Of a DNA stretch of 64,000 nucleotides, positions 20,551-34,615 are shown one piece after another (position 1 is the stretch's first letter; the number at the start of each line of letters is the position of its first letter). The translations under genes and the position numbers were made by a program. This DNA is from Podarcis muralis (Eukaryota): NCBI RefSeq assembly GCF_964188315.1, contig NC_135660.1:51026001-51090000 (forward strand), in the 5' to 3' direction. The notes beneath the pieces are model-generated. The model did no database searches. It saw only the letters and a list, made by a program, of their open reading frames with translations, and had not been told where the DNA came from.

Positions 20551-23500
20551 TTATGGATCAGGGAGAGCCTGGGCAAGAAGTCTTTACAAGAAGACTCCTG
20601 GTGCAATGCTGGCACTCGACTTGTGAGCCATGATAAGCCACAAAGACCTGGGTTTGAATTTCACTTCTGCCCCCAAACTCAAGATAATGCTTTGGAGGAG
20701 GGGGAGATGTTATGTCTTCAGTATCCCTCCTTTCTCCCTGCCCCACGTATTTACAAATCTTTTCAGTTGCCAGTACTATGGCGAGGATTAAACCTGTGGC
20801 CTTGTGCCAGGAATGCAGGACTCCCCATCAGGCAGTTAGGCTACCTAGTTTAATATTACCTACATCTGGCCTTACCAACATGGTGCTTGCAGGTGCTATG
20901 GTGCCCACCATTTCCTGCCAAAGAGACAAGCTCCCCAGCTCCTCTCCACACTGCATTTCAGGATTCAAAGTCTACACTTGAGGAAGCAGCCCCTGGTCTC
21001 TTTCCTAGGGTTGCCAGACCCCCAGGGAAAATCTGAAATCTTCAAGTTTCCTTGTGACCATAGCCCCCCAAGTAGCAGGGCGAGGGCTTGGATCTCCAGG
21101 TGGGGAAGAGCACCTTTAAATTTTTAATGCTATTAAGATCAAAACTGTGCATGCAGCTTGCAAGCTTCAGCACAGCAGAAGCTGGTTGCAAATAATTGCA
21201 TAACCTCTCAGGGCAGGTGCCTTCCTCCTCCCATTTAACCTCTTGCCTCCAGGATTCAGAGGTGAGAGGGATGGTACAAGAAGAGAGAAAAAAATGGACT
21301 GGGCTAAATAGGAGAAGGGTTATGAGCAGAGGCAGATTTAGGGGAGTTCAATCAGTTATGAGTGCACATATGAGCCTGGCATGGGGGGGGGCACAAAAGG
21401 TAACAAAACATATGAAGAGCAGCAGCAGAAACCAAACCTGTTGCCTCTTCTCCCTTCTGCAATTACTGGATGACTTCTTCTGGATCCAGCTCTGAGGAGG
21501 CAAGGATAAACACTGACCCAAGGAGACAGGAGTGCTGGGAGACTGAGTGGAGACTGGAAAAGGTATTTTATTTACAGTATCTTCATTTAGAGTGAAGTGG
21601 AGACTAGAAAATCATTTCAGGGGTAAATGACTGATGTGGGAGTTGCCTTTGAGGCAGAAGAAAACAAAAGGCTGAATTGAAAAGTTCCCAATCCCAGTCC
21701 AGCAAGGTTTTTTCCCTTCCAGCACCAGGACTGTTTCAAATAAAATCTAGATTGAAAGGGGCCTTCTGCTAGCCCAGTGGTATTTTTGGCCCCTCCAACT
21801 GTGTCTTAAACACAGAACTCGGGGAATAAATTGCATCTGTGTATGAAATAGAAGTTTTGAAAGGTGAAGAGTATCTTTGACATCTTTACTTAAGTGGACT
21901 GGAACACCCATCACATACTGTGCCTTAAACACAGGGCTTGGGAAATAAATTGTGATTTCAGAAAGAGGTTTAGAATGTTAATTTCCTTTGTGATAGTGAC
22001 ACCACGACCCCCTGATCACTCCCCACTTCTTCCAGATTGATTTGTATGCCAGAAAGGTAGACCTGCACTGCAGGTGATCTCATGCGCTGTTATTAAAGTT
22101 ACATGTTCCAATGTATATTCTTTATTTTATTCTGATCAAGCAAGAATGTAGTGGGGCACCTTAAAGAGTAGTCAATTGTATAATGATGTAAGTATTGGTG
22201 AAGGGTGTGTGTGGGTAAATAGTGAGGTGAGAAGGAAATTAAATGCTTAAAGTACTAACTGGCAATTGCATTATTAACATCTGCTGTTCATAAGAGCCAT
22301 TCACAAACTTAAGTTTCAGGGTTAATGTTTCATGCTTAATGATACCACCAGGGCCCTCCTTGTGACATCACTAGGGTTACTCCTAAATATCAGATTTGGG
22401 CCTTGAAATATCAGGGTCTTTGATCTTTTGACCTCGCAACCCTAGGCCTCAATCCTTTGTGAAATGGGGTAAGGCAAGGAGAACACACATACAGATCTTC
22501 TAGAATTATCCCATTCAAACACAGCACTGTGATGTATGTTGCCCTCTCTCACTTGATTATTTATTATCAGTTCATGGCTACATTACATTTTAATAGAAAT
22601 TCTAGAAATTTATTACAGAGGGAGATGAATAAGCACACCTTTGAACTGCCCTACACGAACTGCTCTACATGGACAATTGGAGAACTTTTCTTTTGCAAGG
22701 AAGCATTGTTTGACTGTCGCTCTGATGCCTGTTTTGTTTTGTTTTTTTGCTCCTTTATTCCTTTCCAACACCCTTTTACATTTGTATGCTTATAGTTTGG
22801 TGTGATCATTCTTTCATTTAAGGTAGTATCAACAGAAAATAGAGCATTTTGGAATGAAATAAGAATTTATCCTCTCTTAATTGTTCACACTTAAATGAAA
22901 TCCTATGGGTTCCCCCCCCCCCTTCTACCCTCCCTAACCCCCACAAGCACTGGAATTTAATTTTTTACCTTTAAGAAGGTGATTTAGACTGCTTGCTGCT
23001 AAAGATATTGAGGAGCAGGACCTAGGGCTGCATCTACACCACATATTGAACCCCCCCCCCATACTCTTGGGAACTGTCATTTAAATATGCTTTAAATGTA
23101 TGGTATGAACTTAGCCTGTATTAGCTCCTCAGATATTATACTGTACATCTTCTACAAGTTTGGTCCCCCTGAAAAAACCTATCCCCCCCCCCTTTCCCAC
23201 TTGATTATTTATTATCAATTCCTGGCTACATTATCATCCTGGAGAATGTGATTCTGTGAAGAACTGTATTTTACAAGACTAGTGAATAGGGGATTGATAA
23301 CAAAGGCAGAACTGTATTTTACCTCAGTCTCTCCATAAATTATATTCTCTAATCTGCTAATTTGATGGACCCCCTTCACCCAAACAAATTCCTTGCTTCT
23401 GCCAAATGGCCAGTGTCCAGGCCATATTTACATAACATCCCCTCCTCCAGTCAGCATATGATGCAGATTATTGATTTATGGCATATTTTACTGTGCCTGT

Positions 23501-24464
23501 TCAAATGAAGCTTTGATTGCTATAGTTGGAATGAACATCAAAAGGTTTCCTTAAATGTTTTCCTCCTTAGTTTCCTGCAAAAAGGTGATATTTGCCTCAT
23601 AATAAATATTTTTAAATGGATCTGTTCCTCTGGTTTCTTGTAACATCACCATCCTAGGGCATTTTGACCACAAACATTGAGCTTACAAATGTTCAACATA
23701 TACACAGTTTAAATCATCAGAGCATTCAGCCTTCTGTTACTTTGGCATGGAGATAATCCACACATAAATCACGAGGGGACCAATTTCCTATGAAAATATG
23801 GTGATTTCCCATGTAATAAACACCCTCTGTCACTTATAAAAACCCCAGCAATGCCTGGCGTTCTGTAGGGACGGGGCTTTGTGCAAAAGGTTTCTGTCCT
23901 CTGCTAGAGGTTTGACAGAAGGTGGCTGAGATATTTTGTGAAGAGGCTTTGCAGATTGTAAAATAGTCACTAGTTTTATAAGTGGGAGATTTAAATAAAC
24001 ACAAGGAGAGACTCGTGTCACTTTTCATTCTCAAGCCTGTTTCTGTTTTTTCTCTTCAGGTGCACTTAAATTCATATTCACAGCTAAGGTCCTCCCAGGG
24101 GATTTTATATACCTCATTTTGTCCCTCATTTTGAAGAGTGCTCTGCTTAAGGGCAATTGTTTTCAGTGCATTAGTGTACTTCAGCATGTTGTCAGATGGT
24201 GTTTTCAACATGTACATAATTACAGCTGGTCACTCAGGCATGGCCCATCAAGGCTCCATATCAGCTGGTTGTCAAGCTTAGATTGTCACTAGTAGTCAGA
24301 CTAACAACAGCCCTTCTCCATTATTGGGGAAGTCAAAAAGCCAACTTTAGTGAATGTGGTGGAAATGGAAAACATCAGGAGCAGGCTTTACTAGGATAGT
24401 GTTGAAAATCTGGTGGTTCAATGATGAACAGAAGCTTACCAAAACTGAAATCCATTTGGTATCT

Positions 24465-24596
24465 AAGGATCAAAGTTCAAGAATCCTGATTCTGTCTTCT
24501 ACAGCATTAGCTAGCCCTCCCAGTTTGGTGTAATCTGCAAAATTTGATTGGCATCCCCTCAATTCCTTAATCCAAGTGGTTTATGAAGATGTTGGA
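24465..24596 (-). mobile_element. CR1 LINE reverse-transcriptase fragment (decayed)
   Basis: Translates as NIFINHLD*GIEGMPIKFADYTKLGGLANAVEDRIRI, the CR1 FADDTKLG region. Confidence 0.85.
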
Positions 24597-25989
24597 ATCT
24601 TCACATGCCCTTTCCCACTGGTGGATGGCACTAAGATAGGAAAAACGCTTCATAAAATAAAAAGGGAAGCTGTTGTAGCTATTGCAGTGGTGTTGTGGAG
24701 TCACTTTTCTTGCTTGGCCAGCCATTTCACTCATTAACACAGGGGGTTAATTCAGGAAGCCCTGTTGTGTCCTAGGTTACCATATCATGTTTTATAATTT
24801 ATATCGACATTGTAACCTTTGAGGACCACTTAAGCACTGAATAGCTTGCAAGCATAGATGCAACTGAAACTGGCCCAGAAAACAAACTAGAAGAGAATTT
24901 TCTTGTGAAGGATTTTATAGAGGGTGCTATCTTGTCTGGAAAAGCCCATTGTAATTTGGCATTCACTGGTGGAGGTAGATGGGGATCCCTGGAATGGAAA
25001 ACTGCTGCAGTGCGCTAGTATTCAAGCTGGGGTGAATCCACCAGCCCACATTTCTCACTTTTTGGAAGCTGCTCATAAACATAAACTGACCTTGGATATT
25101 TAAATAAAGCCATTATGAGTATTCTCTATTTGTTAGCTGGTCATCAATTTTAGATGCAATTAAACTGAAATTACCTCTGATAGACACATGGTTATGAACT
25201 TTCAGCCATAACTCCCTTGGTATTGCATTATTGTTTCAAATTAAAATGGTGTTTCTCTTTGCTTAAAACCTCACATTATTTTTTTAAAAGCCAAGGTGTA
25301 CCTAGAGAGTGATGAAATGCAAAACACACAGCCTTGCAGGGCCTTGTAAAAAGCACACAAAGACACTTGTTCAGCACAGTAAAGATAAGAATTATGAATT
25401 TATGGTTTCACAATGTTGCTTACAGCAAAGTAGTGGAAGCTGGGACCTAGGCTTTTCTAGAAAGGATAATTGGAAACAATCAATAGTCACAGGACAATAT
25501 TGGCCTAATCAGTTAATCATCCCTACCCAAAGTGATAAAAATGACCATTATTAATGCTTTTTGGCATAAAGATTACTTTGGATAAAATGGCATCCTGCTT
25601 ATCCACTGTTAATGTTCAGCGATTGCTTAAATAACTGTGTACTATTAAACTGAAAGGCTTAAATGTAGTCGGGTTCATACTTTTGGAAATCCCCATGTAA
25701 TCACTTTGGAAGATGTGGGGATGTCAGTGGACAACACTCGGATGGAAGTGACATTTATGATAACTGGTGCATCCAAGTGGAGGGATGTACTATACTGTAA
25801 TATAGCTTGCCTATTTGCCTGCCTTCTGCCAGGTGTTCTTGGATCCAATCCTATCTTACTTGTGCCCTGGTGCCATTTTGCTTGGTGCATACAGAAAACT
25901 AAACTAGCATAGAGAAAATGCTACATTAGAACCTTTCTTCTTTTCTATTGGTAGGGAGTTTGACATGGGACAGTGTGCAAGCATGCTGC

Positions 25990-26330
25990 CTGTATTCTAA
26001 TCACAGAGATGGAAAGGATCCCAAAGGTCAGCAACCCCTGTTGATGCAGGCAATCTACTGCTATAGCATCCCAGATAGGTGGCAATCGATAGGTGGAAAG
26101 TTAAGAAGCAGCCATCATCTCTTTAAGCAGTCCGATCTACTATTGAGCGGCTTGTGTCATCAGGAAGTTCTTCCTTATAAATCCTCCATTTGCACCTGTT
26201 AGTTCAGATCTTAACCTCTGGAAGCACAGGGAACAAATTTGCTCCATCAACTATGTGACAGTATCATCTCTTCTCGCCTCCTGGCTAAACATACCCAAAC
26301 TCCTTAATTCTTTCCTCTTCTAAATTGGCC
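25990..26330 (-). mobile_element. CR1 LINE 3' fragment (decayed)
   Basis: Reverse complement contains CR1-like GAAGAACTTCCTGATGACA and a CR1-type 3' UTR. Confidence 0.6.
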
Positions 26331-26429
26331 TCCAGAACCCTCACCTCCTTTGATCCCCTCTCAGAAATCAGTTATGTTGAATCTTTGAGAAAATCCGCAA
26401 AACCTACTTGGAGCAAAGAACCTTGCTCA

Positions 26430-26540
26430 AAGAATCCTGGGAACTAAGTTTTGTTAAGGATGCTGGGAAACTGGAGCTCTTTGAGGGGGAAACTAAAATT
26501 CCCAGGATTCTTTGGGGGATGTCATCTGCTTTAAATGTGC
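26430..26540. mobile_element. Palindromic non-autonomous DNA element (AAGAATCCTGGGAACT family)
   Basis: AAGAATCCTGGGAA...TTCCCAGGATTCTT inverted arms; related copies at 34440-34615, 38720-38875 and 52870-53095. Confidence 0.6.
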
Positions 26541-27294
26541 ATTGGATGTGCTAAATGTATGCCCTTCCTTAGTTGCCAAAGAAGTTTTTGACTGAAAGTG
26601 TTAATATTGTTTCATACTGAACTCTGCCAACATGAGACAGTCTGTAGAATGATAATAAACTTTATAGATTTTTCCTACTTCTTCCAAGAGCTTCTGAATC
26701 GCCTATATAGCTGGGATAATGAGACTAGCAGTATTTGGCTTTTGCTATCCCAGGCACAAAGGAAACACATCCAAAATCTCTGAACTATGACACTTGGCAT
26801 CCTTTAAAGGAAGGAATGCAGGCAGCATACAGATTCTCAGTTCTATGCAGCATCTCTCTGTATCAGAACTATATATAGGAATAAGTTTTAAGGACCTGCC
26901 AATGGTGTAGTAGGTGAATACCATCTGACTTCCAGGGCCAAATTACCGAACCCATTTTGCCTGATGAAATATGGAGTGGGCTCCATCCACATTGCATTGT
27001 AACCCATGGTTGCGGTCACATTAATTGGGTCAAAAGATGATTTTCCCTTCTACAACTAATTAGGCGTCACCAGCAACCCCTTCTTCCGTGTGACTTGCTT
27101 TACTTTGCTTAGATCACAGCCAGCAGTTCCTCAGACCTTTGAAAACAAGCTGAGTTGAGATTCCAGACAGCATAGGTGCTTTTCAGAGGACCAGTGAATG
27201 TGTAGGGCAGTGGTCAAGTTCACGTCAGTGGTTCCTGCTTCCCACCTGGTTCTCTGAACAGAGCCCGTGTATATACAACTTGTGCACATGTAGG

Positions 27295-27298
<4 letters not shown>

Positions 27299-27348
<50 letters not shown>
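27299..27348. repeat. (CT)n(GT)n compound microsatellite
   Basis: Direct reading. Confidence 0.95.
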
Positions 27349-29303
27349 ATTCTGCATTTTCAGGGCACCAAATTGCGTGGGGAGAAGAGCCTTCATGCAT
27401 ACATGTTCCACATCTGAAAGAGCAGATGAATGCATGAAAGCCAGGAGTGGGTCATGACCCCAAGGACCTCAATCCCTCCACATATTCACTGTTCCTCTGA
27501 AAGGGATTATGACAACTGATAGTATAAATAATTCTTGCCAATGGCCAATATCATATGAGACAAGTTATACATTTGACTCTGGAAGAGAAGTTTTCAAAGT
27601 AGTGATTCTGTGGATGTGAGACCTTTCCAGAGATAAGAAAAGCTAAGTTTGGGTTAATCAAAAGACACAATTTGAGGTCAGACATTAGAAATACAGCTTC
27701 TATCAGACTGTTCTAGCAGACTGTCAAAATGCAAATTCTCCAGCAGTCACAGCACTCATAATGTCTTCAAAGATACTAGTGAATCCATCTGGACACAATT
27801 ATAGCCCTTTCTACCGTTTGTTCCGTCCAGATCATTTGGCTCCTATGCATCAATAAATGCCTGCGTAATGGTCCTAATAAAATGTGGACTGCTAATGAGA
27901 CACAGTACCAATATTGGTATAAATATAAGCTGGAGTAAAGCTACAAACAGCACAAATTAGGTTTTCCTAATGCACCTTTCACATTGTTTCATGGTCCAGG
28001 TTAGCTTCTTTTTATATCACATTTATATATCCTATGGTTAAATGGGTGCAAGGGTGGCAGTTGTGTGTTAAACAGTCAATTAAACACAGAAGAACCAGCC
28101 AAGACAGAGCAATGCATGTGGCGTTGGTTGCCTCATGATATTTTTCTTTTGGGCGGGGGGTGGGTGGAATCTAAGCCATATATGCAAACATGACTTTTAT
28201 GGCATGACTACTGCTATGCTGTTTTGGTATTAGAACGGAAAGGTGAAGATTAATCTTGTTGCCCACCTACAGTTGCAAAAGAAATAAAAGTCCAAGAAGA
28301 GTTAGGCTGTAATTAGGCAGGCAGCCTTCTTGCAAAACTTTGGGAATAGGTCAAAGATTTTCTTATTCCAGCAGGCATTTTGGCTTTATGATGACTTTTT
28401 AGTGTTTTATTCTCTGTATGGTTTATTATTATGTCCATCATTTACAAATGCTAATGATTAAGCAGTGTATAAATGTCCTAAATGTATAAAACACCAGATT
28501 CTATACACATCTGGGAATAAACCCCCGTGAAAACAATGGGACATACTTCTAAGTACGTATGCATGGGATTTTGCTATTACATATTTTAATTGTGGGCTTT
28601 GTAATCAGCCTCTTTGGCTTGGAATCATTTTATGTAAACCACACACAACCAGAACACTTATTCATAAAGATCCATATATACAACAGATCTACCAATAATG
28701 AAAGAATAGATATGTGTTAGATTTTTTTTTTTAATTTCCTATAAAAATGGTAGAGATGGACACCTCAAAACCACAAGTTGTTTTCTGGTTTTCTTTAATC
28801 AACATAAGGCAAAAATTTACATTGAGGAGGAAACCATCCATACCTTGTGTGTCATAATTACTGTTTAGCAATCTCGCACTAAGAAAAATTTATTAAAACT
28901 TCATGACTCATTAATAGTAAGTGATCACAATCACTTAATAGAAGAGGAAAGTGAGCTAATGATAGAAACTCTGATTAATGATTTTAACCTTAAGACACGA
29001 AGTCAAGTGAAATTAATAGCTCTGGATAGTGAATGTAAAGTTAATGTCTCATGCAGAATGCCTCTGAGTGGAGGCAACTGAGAAACACAGACAAGGACTG
29101 GGTTGCACAGACAGATTTTTTTCATGTGTACTAGGCAGCATCTTTTACTACCAGCATTTTTCTAAACCAAGTTGGAAGGTTTTGTGCAAGCACAATAGCT
29201 AATCAGAGGGGAGGGGCCGGGAAATACATAATTAAAATGCTACAATATCAGTATGAAAACCTTCAAACTCTTGAAATATTTTCAGAGCGAGGCTTATTAG
29301 GGA

Positions 29304-29478
29304 CATAAACAAGCTGTCTTCTACTAAATCAGACTACTGAGCCATCCAGCTCAATATTACCTACACTGACAGGCAGCAGCTTTCCAGGGTTCCAGGAAGA
29401 AGCCTTTCTCCGCCTTGCTTGGAGATGCCAGGGATTGAACCTGGGACCTTCTGCACATAAAGCATGTGCTCTGCCCAG
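29304..29478 (-). mobile_element. tRNA-derived SINE (Squam3-type)
   Basis: Reverse complement carries GAAGGTCCCAGGTTCAATCCCTGGCATCTCC and the same body as the 8291 and 55505 copies. Confidence 0.75.
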
Positions 29479-32400
29479 CAGCGGATGTGACAGTGGGGCT
29501 GAGTCTGGCTGAGTCACTGCAGCATACTGGGACAGAAGGAGGGAGGGGCATGCCAAAGTCAGCGCAATGTTAATGTGCTGGCTGCCTCTACCAGCGTGTT
29601 TGTACTATACTGATATCACTGCTGCTGTGCCCTCTCCCCTTCTTCATCCTAATATGCTGCAGCAAGCAACTGGATAGAGGTCAAGTGTGGAACACAGGCC
29701 TTGCACGACATCCACTGTTGACTCTCCTACCTTGGTGCACCCTGAACTGTTAGAGAGGAACACTGTGTGTGGATCATTATGGGATGAGATAGTTGCCTTT
29801 GATAGAGGATAGTCCTAGCATTCAAGTGAGCAGGCAACCTTTCCATAGCCTGGTCCCATGTCACATACAGTAGCAGCTCCATGAACTGACAGGACAACTG
29901 TTTCAGATGCTGTGTGCATACCTCAAAGGGCATCACTTACAGTTTAACATCTGGATATGGCTAATGCATTGGGGCTGTACCAACTGGTGGTATTTAAAAC
30001 TCAGGACAAAGATAAAGTCAGAAGATTTAACCCTGCGTTTAAAGAAAAGACACACATAAAACCTGGTATATCATGTGGCACTGGGCCAGAACATTGTTTG
30101 GACAAGAACTTTTTGTAAATGCAGGAAACGGCCTTATTTCAGGCCATACTACAAGGTCATCCAACTCCATATTATTTGCCTCAGAGAGGAGGAACCTCAG
30201 GGCCAGGGTTCAAATATAGCCCAGGCTTCTCTATTTCATCAGTTCTGCTTCACAACATGAGGTTTTTTTGCCTGACTGAACTGTGTCCTTGAACTCTGAT
30301 AATGCCTCTTGCTTGCCTGGGTGGAAGATAGAGGGCTGTGTGAGTGTGTGCAGAAAATACCCTGCTGTATAAAGGTAGCATTTGCATTTGTTGCTCTGTC
30401 TACTTTTGCTTTTGCCCCCGCCCCCCATGGGCATGTGGCCCTGGGAAAGTTGCCTAGAATGGAATGTGGCCCTTGCCTGGAAAATGTTCCCCACCTTAGG
30501 TTTACTCTAACTAGCAGCCGCTGTCCAGGGTCTCAAGCAGAGATCTTTCCTGTGACCTTATCTCTAATTGTTTTAAACTAGAGACACTAGGGCTTGAACA
30601 TAGGATCTTCTGGAGGCAAAGCAGGTGTTCTGTCGCAGAGCTGTTGTTGCTCCCCCTCCTGCCATTTAGAAATAAGCATTCAATGTTGGAATCCTCACCT
30701 GTAGTATGTGCTTTCCCTGACCCTGAATGTAAGAATCCTGCAGCATAAGAGTTACCATAATTGGTAAAGGAGGATATAAGGAATTTAGGCTTTATTGCTA
30801 GCTCGTGTCAGCTTCAACATTCCACTTATTCCTTTGCTAGCTTTATTCTATACAAACTATTAAAGTATCATATTAAGAGTCTAGACTGTGAATAGGATAT
30901 GCTTTCCCTCCTTTTTAAGTCAAAAGTGTAATAATGCCTAATCTCACTAAATAAATAAATAAATCAAGTGAAATTTGAATCTATAAAAAGTTCATTTTAA
31001 TGTTCAAATTCAGGTGGCTGTGCTTTGTTAGACTATTGTAAGAAAACAGCAAAGAATCTCACAGCATTGTTAGAGTATCTGTTCTTTTATTTAAACTTTT
31101 ATCAGTTAATTATTATTTTGAAAACTTAGAAACTGAAAATTTAAACATCGTCTGTCAGCCAGTACCAGACAGTTTCTGCTCTCTGTTTTTATGGGTTATG
31201 CTGCATGTCAGAGGAGTCCAAATGTTCAGTTCAAGCTTTTAAGATATGGTCATGCTGTGATGGGATATGTCTTCTTGTATCAGTCCTGTTCATGAAGTAA
31301 ATAGAGCTTTGCCTTGTTTCAAAGTGATTGACCTCAAATAACATGCTGACTCTGTGTAAGGTTTTCCATCGGAGGCAGAGCAGTTTGTCATGCCATTTGT
31401 CAATGGACATGCAGCATTCATATTTCCAGCACTGTGTTGCAACAGGCCTAGTTGCCACAATCATGAGCAAAACCAGTATCTTACATAAAGTTCTCTCATT
31501 CTCACCCATGACTATAGATAACAGGCACAGCCCATGGCCTCTCTCTCTCTCGCTTGATGATCTCCATTTCTCAAAGTACTCTCTTCCCCAAAGTCTTCAC
31601 TTTCACATGTTCCCACCAAAGATGTACGTAGTACCTCTAGCTGGACACCCTCTTCAGCATCACTGAGACCCTTGCCCACCAGGTGCCTGTTGCAGTAATT
31701 TAAGGAAATTTTCTCTGACTTGTGCAGAGACAGACCTGAAAGGTTTCCAATTGTAGATTCTATTCCACACTGCATTGTCATTCTCTACACCCACATCTTT
31801 CTCCCAGACACTTTAAAGACCCTTAGTACTGATGGAGGTACTACGTAGGCTATCACACGACTTAGATATGATAACCAAACAAATGTCCTGTACTCTCTGA
31901 ACCAATGTCTCGTGTGCTGTCAAGGGTAGAGTAACTTACATCTTAATAGTGAGCTTGGAACCATCCTACTCCTTCATGTTTTCTCAGAAAGGTGCTCTTC
32001 AAAAGCATCATGGATGTTTATGATCTGTTTTCCAACAAAAGCGTGCACACTATTATTTTATTTACCGATTCCTCAATCAGGGCCAAGATCCAGTTGTAAA
32101 TTATTCATTGAGCAAATTTCACAGAACTTTGGCTTTTGCCATACATAGCAAATGTTCAGTTCATTGAGTTCCACAGGGCTAGCTCTGAAGTAAGTGTGCA
32201 TACTATCAGGCTGATTCAAGTTTCAATTTCACAGAAATTGTGGCTCCTGTTTTTGCTGAGCTCCTGGGTCATGCAGTTCACTGCAGGATGCTATAATTTA
32301 ATGGTACAGGCAGGCAGCTTCATTAAAAATTAAGCAAAATCCTTATTGTTGTGAAGCAACTCCAATGAAACCAGTGAGATGTTTAGCAAAATTCTAATGC

Positions 32401-34439
32401 ATTTTTACTGCATTCAGTGGGGCTTACTCCCCAGTAAGTATACAGCAAAATCCTACTTGTGTCTACTCAAAAGTGCATCCCATTGAGATTCCCTCCCAGG
32501 TAAGTGTATAGGATTGCTGTGCTATTCCCAACTTTCATTGGATAGCTCCTTAAAGCAGTGTTAGAGTGCCCGTTGTTTATTTCAGCATAAAAGTCTGGAA
32601 CTTGTTAAAAGTTTTGAGTCTCGAAGGGCCATCTCCCTCTATATCCCACTGTTTCCATAGCTTTGTGTTGAAAAATTGCATCACCTCTTGTTTCTGTCGT
32701 GTGGATTTTGATAGCAAGAAAGAAACTATGAGCAGATGGCTAGTGTGCCATTCTGTTCACATAACCATTTCCATCTGACAGCCATTGCTCATTCTCTATA
32801 TGAGGGACGCCCTATCCAGTTGCGCAGTGCCAGTTGCCGTGTGTGCTGTTTTAAAGGGCCACCCGTCTATTGCTTGGTCTGCCAGGCCACAATCAGAAAT
32901 TGGATGCAATGTTCCTTAGCTGCCTCTTCCCAGCCTCTTTCCAGACAGTCAAAGCATTTGTAATTATCCTGTAATGGAATTGTTGACCCCCCACAAAAAG
33001 ATGACATTTACTTATTTCTTTTTAATTTAAAAAGAACTAAAGTTTATTTGGTATTCCACCCCTCTCTCCTTTTCAGTTATGTATATTTTTGCACATAGTG
33101 TGAGAGCATTATACCAACAGATAAAGAAAAACAAAATTGCTTCCAAAGTCACGAGTTCAAAGAATGGACTCCAAGTCTAAATCAGCGTCAAGGGGAAACA
33201 GTGGATGGTAGTGTTTGTTCCTTAACAGCAATGTACCTGACAGAATGATTGAGGAGGCCTGACCCACTGTACACTTCAGGAAGGGTAGAGGAGGAGGATA
33301 CAGAAATCTCTAGGACAATGTACTTATCATTTATAAAAGCTAGCAAAATGAATATTTGCTACGAGGATAGCCTTCAAATAGAAACTAAGGTGGGCAATTT
33401 GTCATTCAAATCAGAGTTGAGTGGAAGATCTCTTTTTATAGAGCCCACTCACAGTGTATATTAATATTCTGGCTATCAAATGCTATAATTTATTCGATCT
33501 CTCCCTACCCCCATATAATCCCTGTAATATTCTAATAGACTATAAAATTATTTAATCCAAACTTTGCATTCTATTTCCTGTCTGCTGCAGTTCTTAACTA
33601 CTTACGTTATACAAAAATAACACAAACTCCAACAAAATTCATGGGTGACAGGGGCATTCAGACAGCTTTTCCCAGCATGAGCAGGATTAATCACAGTTAA
33701 TCATTTTCAATACTGCACAATGAGAGATACAGCTTCATAGAAATCACTTTAAGCAAAACCAGGGCACCCTCAAGTCTTCAAGTAAATCTCTGTAGCCATT
33801 TTGGCCTTGTGACTGGATTTACAGGCTTTCTTCTTACCTAAAAGCAATGCAGTATGTGTAGTAAAGAGAAGACCTTATAGGACAAAGGTCACTAAAGTAC
33901 CAGCACCAGTTCCCGAAACCCATTCAAGTTACTTGCTTCACAGAAATTCTGCCCATCAGTGTGAAATGATTTAGGGAATTTAGGGAACAGATTAGAGCTT
34001 CATGCCATTTAGAAAAATGGTAACATTCCTATAAATTCTTATCACAATAAGTAGCTTACTAGCTTCTGTCCAGCCCTCAAACACCAAAAAAATAGTAACT
34101 TCAATGGAAAGCAACAAAGTTAGTTGACTGAGAAATGGGGCATCATTATCTTTTATTAGCCTGTATATGACTCTAGAAGAAGTACAACATTTTTGCAATT
34201 AGCTTTGATATGAGGGTAATATTAAAACCATAGAAACTCAATGATTTTTCTTTTCTTTTCATACCTGGAAGTTTTACTTCATTGGTGGGAATAAATCTGC
34301 TTTTAAATATTGCAGTAGCTCACATGGATGAATTAGGGATGCGGTGTAGGGGAAAACACTATTGCAAACAATCCATTGGTGTAACAACCTGCAGCTTCAT
34401 GCCCACAGAATGGGGTGATCTGGAGTAAACTGGACTATC

Positions 34440-34615
34440 ATACTGCTTTAAACAGTCATGGCTTCGCCAAAAGAATCCTGGGAACTGTAGTATGTTGAGG
34501 GTACTGAGAGTTGTTAGGAGACCACTATTCCCTTCACTGAGCTACAATTCCCAGAGTTCCCTGGGAAGGATTGGTGGTTAAACCACTCTGGAATTGTAGC
34601 TCTCACACTTGGAAG
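34440..34615. mobile_element. Non-autonomous DNA element, same family as 52870-53095
   Basis: Shared AAGAATCCTGGGAACTG...GAGAGTTGT...CTACAATTCCCAGAGT...GTTAAACCACTCTG...AATTGTAGCTCT motifs. Confidence 0.65.

Noticed and set aside
22150-22215. Possible second Penelope/hammerhead remnant on the minus strand (GGCACCTTAAAGAG...)
   Set aside because: Only the TAAGGTGC flank is recognisable; the ribozyme core is not present
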